Shown one piece after another: positions 26,271-37,363 of a stretch of 64,000 bases of DNA. Within the stretch, counting starts at the first letter, position 1. The number at the start of each line of letters is the position of its first letter. The DNA is from Octopus bimaculoides (taxonomy: Eukaryota), in contig NC_068991.1 of NCBI RefSeq assembly GCF_001194135.2, positions 522,604 through 586,603 of the forward strand. The letters are read 5' to 3'. The notes under the pieces were generated by a model. That model was not told the origin of the DNA and searched no databases. It saw only the letters and a program-made list of their open reading frames with translations. The translations under genes were made by a program, and so were the position numbers.

Positions 26271-27040
26271 TAGTCCGATTTCAGTGAAGCTGAAGGCAGA
26301 CTTTTTACGGAAACAAAAATACTTTGTTTCTGAAACAAAGCTTAATAAATAAACTATGCCAGATTAAGTCACCATGAAACAATAGATAACGGACAGAGCA
26401 AATAGACACGGCATTACACTTACTTAGCTCTTTAAACATAAATATATAAATAAATAATGGAAGAGACTTGTAGTGTTTACTTACTTTAGTTTCTGTAAAA
26501 ACGTTACCGTGAATGAAATTTCAAAAAAAAGTTTCGTCAGTCAATTTGCCAGAGAAAGGAAGTCTTCACAGGTGTGTGTGAAAGGTAATGCAGCTGGGAT
26601 GGGACTGGACAGGATTTCGTGTTTGAGGTGGCTGTCAGCTGTGACGTCACTCCACATTCACAACAACCTACACACGCAAACAAACAAACATGTATGTGTG
26701 TGTGTGTGTGTGTGTATAGAGTGTTTGAAGAAGTGCGGTCATCATTAAAAGAGTTCAAATTTCAAAGTCCTATGAAACTTTGAATTCTTTTTAAAAATTT
26801 TCAGTGATGACCGCACCATCTCCACCTTTTCTTATTTTTTCCATTCTACTTCTTAAAATCGACATCTTTGAAAGGTCACCAGCCCTTGTGAGAAAACGTG
26901 TTTATGTACAAATATTTTGATTGGTATACAATGGAAAGAAAGGAGAAAGGAAAAAATGCTTTGTAATGAAATTTCAATGAACTGACCACATCAAATTGAA
27001 AAGAAATCTCTCTCTTTTTCTCAGTCTCTATCTATTTATA

Positions 27041-27086
<46 letters not shown>

Positions 27087-27198
27087 CTTATGTATGTATG
27101 TATGTATATAAGTTCAAAAAAGAAAAACGACAAAAAACAACAACGCGAGGATGTGATACAGATTGTGTTACTGGACGCTCAGGAAAAGAAAGAAGAGA

Positions 27199-27233
27199 AT
27201 TTGACGTTTCGAGCAGAGCTCTTCGTCAGAAAT
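27199..27233 (-). ncRNA. Minimal type I hammerhead ribozyme (Penelope-like-element type)
   Basis: - strand AUUU CUGACGA A GAGC UCU GCUC GAAA C G UC AAAU: complete catalytic core, 4-bp stem I, 4-bp stem II, palindromic ACGU stem III, GUC cleavage triplet. Confidence 0.75.
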
Positions 27234-27329
27234 ATAGGACAGTCCAAAGAAGGGAAGACGAAGGAAGAAAAAATCACAAACGATATCCATATATATATAT
27301 ATAATATTTATACTTGGAAAAGGATCCGT

Positions 27330-27915
27330 AGGTGCAAGTGTAGCTGTGTAGTAAGAAGCTTACTTCCTAATCACATGGTTCCGAGTTCAGTCCCACTGCG
27401 TGGCACCTTGGACAAGTGTCTTCTACTATAGCCTTGGGCCAACCAAAGCCTTGTGAGTAGGTTTGATAGACAGAAACTGAAAGAAGCCCATCGTATATAC
27501 ATATATATATATAAATACAGTGTACATTTAAACACATAAGAGGCGTCCATCATATGTATTCCTTGCATACTAGAAAGAACAGTTGAATGCCATACCATTA
27601 TTTAGGGATACCCCTAAATGCCTCTTATGTGTTTAAATGTAAACTGTATTTATATGAATAATATATAGTCTATTGACTAAATTTTACACACTAGGCCACT
27701 GGTAATAGAAATTTCTAATATTTCTCATTGCCCTTGATAATATTAATCATATATATATAAATATGTATTTGTTGTCTGTGTTTGTATCCCCACCATCCCT
27801 TGACAACCGATGTTGGTGTGTTTACATCCCCATAACTTAGCGGTTCACCAAAAGAGATCAATAGAATAAGTGCTAGGCTTACAAAGTATCAATCTGGGGG
27901 GGGGGGCAATTTGTT
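27330..27915 (+). mobile_element. CORE-like SINE interrupted by a MITE
   Basis: Head and body 27330-27495, MITE 27510-27654, SINE tail 27770-27915. Confidence 0.75.
27510..27654. mobile_element. MITE with 35-bp inverted termini (Tc1/mariner-type, TA-CAGT..ACTG-TA)
   Basis: TATAAATACAGTGTACATTTAAACACATAAGAGGC (27510-27544) versus GCCTCTTATGTGTTTAAATGTAAACTGTATTTATA (27620-27654): 1 mismatch. Confidence 0.8.
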
Positions 27916-28612
27916 NNNNNNNNNNTAGGCTTACAAAGTATCAATCTGGGGGGGGGGGCAATTTGTTTGACTAAATGCAGTGATCCAGCATAGAAGACAC
28001 TTGCTCAAGGTGCCACGCAGTGGGACTGAATCCGGAACCATGTGGTTGGGAAGCAAGCTTCTTACCACACAGCCACTCCTGCACCTTTGTTAATAAATTT
28101 TTAATGTCATTTGTATTTCTCCATTTCCTTTAATATTTATATATGGAAATTATACCATTTTAAGTTTGGATTTTTTCTCTACTCACCCAGTCTATGCAAG
28201 AATGGAAAACGGACATTGACGATGATGATGATAATGATAATGATGATGTATGTATTTATATGAGGCAGAAATGTATGTATGTATGTATGGATTGACGGAT
28301 GTGTATGTGTGTGTATGTATGTATGTAGTAAATATCAGTTGACAGTATATATACACACATACTCATGTGTATGTGTGGTGGTGGTGGTGGTGGTGGGTAT
28401 GTGTTTAAGTGTGTTGCAGANNNNNNNNNNNNNNNNNNNNNNGATGTTTACTCAACACCAAACGAATACTTTAATCCTTTCCAACATACAACAGCAACAA
28501 CAACAACAACAGCAATGATGTCATCTTCAGAATAACAAACAACATTCATTATCAAGGTTGTGTGGGGTAGCATTAGTAAATATGGCTTGGTGAGATTAGT
28601 GAGGTACCCAGG

Positions 28613-28656
<44 letters not shown>

Positions 28657-28864
28657 GTGGTGTGGGTAAAATTTCTGTGGTGTGTGGCATGGGTAGAGAC
28701 ACCGTGGTCTGCATTGCGTATATATTGAGTGGTGTAGTGCTGTGTTTACAGGTTGTGGTGAATGCAGAGTGAATCCAGAGCCTAACGAGGGCAACCGGAG
28801 GCTGATGGGCTGAATGTGGGGATACGTTAATTAGCACAGTAGAAAAATAAATATTAGAAGAGCT

Positions 28865-29060
28865 TCAAGTTGGCACCAGGCCAGCAACTTCAGAGGGAGG
28901 GGCAAAGTCTGAATTACATCAACCTTAGCACGCAACTGGTATTTATTTCACTGACTCCGAAAGGATGACAGGGTAATTCAATTTTAGCAAAATTTGAACT
29001 CTGAACCAAAAGATGGACAGAATGCTGCTAAGCATATTTTGGTAATGATTCTGCCAGTTC
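28865..29060 (-). mobile_element. Meta-domain-like SINE copy
   Basis: Reverse-complement match to the family head and central domain. Confidence 0.65.
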
Positions 29061-29129
29061 GCTGTGTCTGATGTAGTCAACATTATGAGGACATAAATAT
29101 CAATATTGCTTCATAAAGCAAATATTTTT

Positions 29130-29520
29130 GAAAATATATTCAAACACTACTCTATCTGTGATACCACTGCATCTCTTAAGTGTCCATAGTTTACACTGGG
29201 TGCAGGGAATGGAATTTCTTTCAACTCCCTTCCTACATATCAAGCAGGGCCATTTACCTGATGGAAAGAAAGTTTTATCTTCTTTCTTACAAACAACCAC
29301 TTTTGTCTTAATTTTAAGGCCCAGGTTTTGTTTCCATATCTGGAATTTCTTCTCCAATTCTGCAATAAGAGCAAGGTCACCAGCATATAGTAGTTCCCAC
29401 GGGCACCCAGTTTTGAATTCCTCTGTTGTGGCCTGGAGGACTATAACGAATGAGTGGGCTGAGAACTGAGCCCTGGTGAACTCCTACCTGAACGTTAAAT
29501 TCATTACTGTATTCATGGCC
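29130..29520 (-). mobile_element. RTE LINE fragment (RT end plus Cys-rich motif)
   Basis: LGLKIKTKVVVCKKE..SGKWPCLICRKGVERNSIPCTQCKLWTLKRCSGI, resembling the GKWPCxVCxKGVGxNSIxCxxCxxWxHKRCSGI motif of RTE elements. Confidence 0.85.
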
Positions 29521-30559
29521 AACTCCTAGCACCCCTCTCTCTACCTGTACTCACTCACCACACCCCCTCATCGCCCACCCTCTTTTCACAATCTCACAAA
29601 CTTACCCACCCACCCCGTCTAATCCTTGAATCCACTTCGCTTACATATACCTCTCTGTAATTTGGCTGGATGGACCCCTACCCCTCGTCACATCTTTACC
29701 ATCTCCCCTCTCTCTCCATCTGAGGTAGCCATGTCTCTCTGCTACTGCAAAACCCCTTATTCTGTCTCTCAATATGCCTCCTGAAGGGGACAAGTTACTG
29801 GCTGACCTCATTGCTGTTGGGGGCCATAGTAAAACACACTCAGGACATTCTGTAAAGTGGTTGGCATATTAGGAAGGACATCCAGCAGAAGAAACCATGC
29901 CACAAAGACAATGGAACCTGCCAGCTCCTGTCGAACTGTCCAGCCCAGAAAACGGATGTGGTGATGATTAATTGAATTTGTTTGTTCCAATTGTCCACAA
30001 CACACAATTTCAGAGGTGATGACTACATCTAACATTCTCCAGTTTACCATCTTTGTATAAACCTGGAGTCAGACTACCCCTTTCCTGCCCACATACCCAC
30101 CACCCAACAAGACACCAGCATTGTTAGGTCATTACTCTCCAATATACTTACCTTCTGTTTGTCCATCAGTTGATAAAGAAACACTTAACATGTCTGTCTC
30201 TAAGGATTAAAATGCCAGAGAAAGTCAACAAACTCTGGTAGTTAATCTCTCTCTCTCTCTTGCACACACAACACATCATTGTCTTACTCTCTTTCCCTCT
30301 CTCTCTCTCTCAGTAATAGTTTCTCTTTCTTTTCCCTTTACTTCCTCTGGCTTACTCCCTCACATTCTTTATATATGTTTGTGTGTGTGTAAGTTTGCAT
30401 GTGCTTGTGTGTGCATGTGTGTGTGTGAGTATGTGTGTCTGTCTATCTGCATAACATTCACTTGTTTACATCCTTTTTTTTGCATGCTGGCATGGGTTAG
30501 ACATACACTATCACAGAAGTGGCAGCTTACAGCTTGGATGCCCTTGCTGTCATAGTAAG

Positions 30560-31050
30560 GCAATAACTAGTGACTGAAACCTTTGGTGATGTGCTGTGCT
30601 TGAGAGGACCCGTCAAACCAAGTGCACCCGTACTGGTGGCATGTATAGAACATCTTTTAAACCTTGGGCCTCACAGAGGCAAAGTGGCTAAGTTCCTTTC
30701 GAGCGTTGGGCCTTACGAAGGCAATGGCCGAGACCTTTGCCATTATGTTGTGCTTGAGAAGAAGACCCTATCAAGCCGAGCAAAATCACAGTTGTGGCAG
30801 ATACAGGTGTCACGCAAAGTGGCACCCATGCTGGTGGCACATGAAAGCAACCCAGTGTCATGCAAATGGCACCTTTGCTGTTGGCATGTAAAAGTACCCT
30901 TTACACTCTTAGAGTGGATGGCATTAGGAAGGGCATCCAGCCATAGGAAACCATACCAAATCAGACTGGAGTCTGGTGCAGCCTTCCAGCCCGGTCAAAC
31001 TGTTCAGCCCATGCTAGCATGGACAAAGGACATTAAATGATGATGATGAT
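30560..31050 (+). mobile_element. Long RTE-type 3' UTR/tail with internal GTGGCAC repeats, ending in (GAT)n
   Basis: Internal repeats followed by the AGGAAGGGCATCCAGCC..(GAT)n tail shared with the short copies. Confidence 0.65.
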
Positions 31051-31428
31051 GATGATGATATATATAGTTTCCTTTCTGTGTTAATCCAAGAGTTTACCTT
31101 TTAAAGTTCATAAAATACATTTGAAAGAGAGCAGTTATCATTCTTGTTGCTTGATCTGCAAGAAATAGAGACCAAAATTCCCTTAAATTACTCATTGAAT
31201 AATGGTGTCCGAGATACACTTTGTCTGAATAAAAGATTAGGTTACAACAGAAATATCTTTGGTTATAGATCTGCTGAAGGAGACCCGACTTGGGTCAAGA
31301 CAACAACACACACATCTTTAAAAGGAGAGGACATTCTTTACACTCCATCAACTGCTGCTGCTGCATTGAATTGTACAAGAACCTGTTATACTTGTCAATA
31401 ATACAGCCGCACTATAACAGTGTCAAGA

Positions 31429-31459
<31 letters not shown>

Positions 31460-32989
31460 AGGGGAGGGGGAGGACAAAAGTGGGTGATGTAAATGTTATT
31501 GCTATGGTGATCAGAACCAATAAGTAGCTATTGTTACACCTGAAACAACAAATAATTAGTATTGTTTTACCTGGAATGGTTTATTTTGGGACATCAGTGC
31601 GCATTGAGCAAAATTCAGTGTGTATATACGTGTGTATGTGCGCATGTATGCATGTGTGGTGGTTTTGGATGTACAGGACCTATCTATGGCCCGTTCTTCT
31701 TGCTATCACCATCATCTATGTACCTTCCAGACTGGCCCATCTCATTAACTACAATGTACTGGTTGTACCTTGTACACTCCCCCCACCGTTTCACTCTTCC
31801 TGCCATCAAACTTGTGCTCCTTTTCTGTCACACACCCTGGGTCCTTGTCATTAGCTCCATCTTCTGGATCATGTTGCCTTGGATATAGAGCATATCTAAG
31901 AATACTGACTACCTTTACCCCTTACCCCCACTTCCATTCATACTTCTATGTTCCACCACTCATCATTCATGCTTCTCACTCTGAATATAGAGAGGCTGGC
32001 AAGTGAGCACAAACAACTATATGTACATACACCCAAGTGTGTGTGTGTTTGTATGCATCACTCTCAAATTGCTGGCTGTGTTGTTGGTCAAGGTCACCAA
32101 CAAAAAAGTGTCTTAGTCATTTGTGATTCACACATTTCCCCTTCCCCCCTTCTATCTCTCCAACCCCTCCTCTTCCTTCTCTTTCTCCCAATTCCTTTAA
32201 TGTCACACAGTCTGTGTGTCTGCTTCTCAATTGCTTTCCCCAACCCATGTTTTAACGAGACTCATTACCAGCCGACACAGGTGAAATTTAACGATTTACA
32301 GACTGTCACTTGTAGCTTTATGTAATTACAGGGTGGCACCCTAACACTTGTGGTTGTGTTTTGTGTACTGTTATCTACTGCCACCACCACCACCACCACG
32401 ATGATGATGATCATTGTCATGATTGTCTTTTTGGTTGAGGCTGTGGCAGAAGACACCCGATATGTAGTGATAGGGTGGCATTGAGCTCAGGACCTTGTAA
32501 TTATGAAGCAAACATCCTCACTAATTCTTGGCCAGGCTGGAGACCCGTAAGAATAGTAGGAATATTTGAGGAATGTATGTGAGGAGCAAAACAGCACTGT
32601 TTGAAAGGAAACAAAACAAACAACAGAAATTATTTGAATTTTTTTACTAAACTTTCAAAATATTTTCTCAAGGACCACAAACACACCCACCCACCCACAC
32701 GAATCATGCATCAAGAAACATCCACACACACACACACAATAATATATATACAATAAATATTTAACTTAAAATCGATGTAAAATTACATCCTATGGAAAAC
32801 AAAATAACATTTAGCAAGTTTCTCCACTCGTTTGCCAATGTCTTATTGTAGTAAGATGAAAGTAAGTCAATTAGTGAACTCTGTCGACAGAATCAGACAC
32901 AAAATGGAAACATTAAACTTGGAAAGAAGACAGGAATGTGGGGAGAGTATGGAGGAGTAAGGGGGAGTGGTTAGCGGGAAGATGCAATC

Positions 32990-35900
32990 TCAACTGTCAT
33001 CAAGTTCCTCTTCGTCACTGAAATAAGAATCCTTTTTGTATTTCTTTTTGGATGTTTGGGTATTTTCCGATGTTGTGATGTTCATGCTGCTATCTAACAT
33101 ATTCTTAGCTTCCTCCATCATTTGGTACTGAAACAATAAAATCAAATTTGAGATGTTTAAACTAGATGTAGAATTTTTCATATGGATTATATGTGTGTGT
33201 GTGTGTGTGTGTGTGTAATGTTATATGTTTGATATTCTATGAGCTGGGTGCATTATATATTACATTTGATACATACTGGTATTACTAAAGATCAACCCAG
33301 AGAGAATAAAGAGCAAAGTTAACCGCGACAGATTTGAAACCCAGAATGCAAAGAGTGGACAGAACTACCACAAGGCATTTAGTCTCACCTTCTAATGATT
33401 TCTAACATAGGTATGTGTGAAAAGACCCGGTTGGACAGTCTGACAGGATCCAGTAAGGCGCAGGGCTGCATTGAGTTCCAGGGTCAGCTCTGGCATCAAC
33501 CTCACTTCCACCTTTGTTTGTTACTCACTACACCCCACCCCCCGGCTTTCCCTTCTCACTCTTATGAAACTACTCTTTCCAACAGCCCCCCCCACTCCCA
33601 ATCCACTCTTTTGATCGTCTTCTTGCTTCCCTGAGAGGATGCCCTGGCACCTCATCACCACCCTCTTCTTCTTCCACTCAACATTATATAATATGGGGTG
33701 TACCCATGTGTGCCCTCCCTGGCAAGACACCTGTGCCTCTTTCTTTGACCTCCCCTTCTTGTCTTGCAAGTTACTTGTCAACCTCCTTCCATGCCAGTGA
33801 CACAAAAATAGCATCCAGCACACACTGTAAAGTGGTTGTAAATTAGGAAGGGCATCCTGCCAAAGCTGGCATTGGATCATCATCGTTTAACGTCCTCCTT
33901 CCATGCTGGCATGGGTTGGACGGTTTGACAGGAACTGGCCAGGCAGGAGCCTCCTGCACCAGAGTTCTGTGTCTATTTTGGTAGGGTTTTTACAGCTGGA
34001 TGCTCTTCCTAACACCAACCACTCTGCAGGGTGGACTGGATGCTTTTTAAGTGGCACCAGCACACACACACATCATCATCGTCGTCGTCGTTTAACATCT
34101 GCTTTTCATGCTGGCATGGGTTGGACAGTTTGACTGAGTGCTGGCAAGCCAGAAGGCTGCACCAGGCTCCAATCTGATCTGGCAGAGTTTCTCCAGCTGG
34201 GTGCCCTTATACATACACATGCATGTACACACATATACATACAACATACATGTATGAACTGTCTTAAGGAGTTTCTCCAGTCAAGTCCTGCAGCCACCCT
34301 CCCATCCCCATCCCTCTGTACTTTGACAGAGTTTAAATCCTGCTAAAGTCAATTTTGCTTTTCATCCTTTCAGACTCAATCTATGATGGCAGAGGGTAGG
34401 GATGAGACAGCTTGTGGTATTTGTTCCAGGTCCTTGTGTTCTTAAGTCTTGGGTGACAGTTTTTAATCTGTTACCTTGTTTAACAACACCACAAGGCACT
34501 GCAGGGGGCAGGGTCCCCTTTAGCAGGATCCACCCTGGTGTAAATATTGAAGTCAGGTTTCCCTTTTTAGGATTACTTCCTCTCACCCTCTCTCTCCCCT
34601 CACCAAACTCAGTGGCCCTTAGTAAATAAAGGGCCATGAGTACTGGTCTTCTCTCCCTTAATAAGTGCTGGGAATTAATTCAATATTTTTACCTGGTAAT
34701 TAATTGCAGCTGACAAACTTTCATCACCTTCGTCACCATCAGAACTTTTCTTGTCACATCTGAGGAAGTTACATAAAAACATTGAAATATGAAACTGATT
34801 TGTCTTACTTTTTACAATAATATTTTACAAACATTCATCAACAATAACAACATTATGGTTTTTCTTGTTATTCTAAATTACAGAAACAAATTTCAATTCA
34901 ATTTGTCCAGATTTTCCCCATGTGAAATTTTTCATTTTCAAAACTGTTTATATTCACAAGATCATAATTTTAGTTGTAAGACAACTGTGTTCATGAGAAC
35001 TGCTGTAGACTTCTGACCCAGTTCTCATTGCTGAATCTGTAGTAGAATTAGAAGAAATACTAGATTTGGAAGCAACAACGAGAATTAAAAACCAGGACTA
35101 AAATAATAGTAAGAGAGAAGACAGGACACTGATGTTGAATGGAAAATGGCTGTGCTCGATAATTAGAAGAAGAATAGGAAAAAGGTTCCATATGATGAAA
35201 CCATTGTAGACTATTAATAGAGGAAAGGTGTGGTGAAAGACAGATTAAAAGTGAAAGTAGAGTTTGTGGCAGATGAAGAGGGACAATAAACATTTAGAAA
35301 AAATGGCAATTTTAAGAAATAAAGAACAAAGCCACTACTTACTCATCATCGAATTTTTTTCGTTTTTTCTTTGCAGGTTGTTCTCTGTCACCAAGGAGGT
35401 TGTTTGGACATTTGTAACTCAAGTGACCCTCTTCCTGGCAAAGAGAAATGGATCTATTTTTATGTACGGACTGTATGTGTGCGTGTTTATTTTCATGAGA
35501 GTATACTTCTAATGCTACACACACACACAAACGTGTGTCAACACAGCTAACAAAAACTCACACACAAAGATAATAATAAACATTAGAAATCGAATTGACA
35601 ACTCCCACTCAACCTCCAATCCATGCTAGAGATAACAGCTAAACTTGCTGGCAATACACTCACTTTTCACGATAGAATACTTAAGATTAGATTAGTGCTA
35701 CATTAAGGATTAGCAACCATTATCTCAGTCTATGCCCCTCAACTGGGGCTACCTGATAGACAGAAAGACCGATTTTATGACACCCTATTGCAGACTACCT
35801 CATTGACGAAGGACAGGGACCTTCTCTTTGTGGCTGGTGACTTCAATGGACATGTTGGACAACATGCAGGGGGCTTCCATGGCGTACATGGAGGCTATGG

Positions 35901-37315
35901 TTTTGGTTCCCACAATAAGGAGGGAACCAGGCTGCTGGAGTTCTGTGAGGCAAATGATCTTATGGTTTGCAATACTAACTTCAGGAAACCTGCCAGTCAC
36001 CTAGTCACCTACCGTTCTGGCAGGCACACTAGCCAAATTGACTACATCCTCGCCAGGAAAAGGGAAAGACGGCTGCTTATAAATGCCAAAACCTTCCCAG
36101 GCGAAGAATGTACCCCACAACATAGACTAGTAGTTAGCAATTTCAGGATCAGGGCTAAATGAATGCCCAGAAGACGACCAGCATGGAGAAGGGTCTGGGA
36201 GACTAGATGAGAATCAGTTTAGGTTCATGCCAGGGAAAAGCACCACTGATGCTATATTTCTGTTAAGACAGCTGCAGGAGAAATACCTGCCCAAAGATAA
36301 ACCCCTGTACCTGGCTTTCATTGACATGGAAAAAGCCTTCAACAGGGTCCCCCAATCCCTTATCCGGTGGTCAATGAGGAAACTAGGGATAGATGAATGG
36401 TTGGTGAGAGCTGTGCAAGCCATGTACAGGGACAGCATGATGTGATCCTGGCAAAGTGTGGTCCCAGCACAGTGTATACAGAATTTTTCCTTTTTTCCAA
36501 TTCATTCATATCAAACAAAAATTCCAAGAGATTACAATGTAATAAAGAAATTAGAGAATAAAAGATTCTTGGAGGAGGTTCTGTGATAAAAACCATAATT
36601 GGCAGCTGAGCATCAGTGAGCCCCAGTGGCCCCAGTCTGGAGCAATGCTCCACAATCAGTATGCCATGGTGTGCCATGAGACGATGCTAGGTGTGCCACT
36701 GTGTAACCTGAATATAATTTTTTTCCCCCTATATGTTTAGTTATATTTTTTGTTTAGGTGTGCTGCTGCTGAATTTCGAAAAGAAGACAAAGTGTGCTGC
36801 AAATGTAGAAAGATTGCAGAGCACTGGCCTCGACTGAAATACAACACATTTGCTTTGTTGGACACAGGGATGTTCCCAGTTGGATTGATGCCTGCCAGAA
36901 TATAGATGAGGGAGAGCAACAATAACAACAACAAAATTAAGAAATGTCTAGTACCTACCCCACATTCATAGCAATGACTTTTGTCCTTGTAAATCTTTCT
37001 TCTTATAAACTCTGGTGTGCGTCCATTGTCTTTAGCAATGTTACAAGAGAGGGTGCGACCAAACATCTGACAAAGAAACAAAGCTTCAGCAAGTTTTTTT
37101 ATTCTGTTCTGATAAATTTTTAAAACATTACAATTTCAAACATTTCATTCAAATTCAAAAAACGTTGAAGGAAAGTCTGGAAGATGTTCATTGATTGAAG
37201 AAAAAGTGATGTTGCGAAGAAGAAGAAGAGGAGAATCATTTTTACAAGATGACTAGACTTGAGAATAGAAGAAGTAAATAGAATATTAAAGATTGTTTAA
37301 AACTACAAGATGGTA

Positions 37316-37363
<48 letters not shown>

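Noticed and set aside
27874-27967. 42-bp direct repeat flanking a 10-N gap
   Set aside because: Identical copies on both sides of a tiny gap containing a poly-G run indicate unmerged contig overlap.
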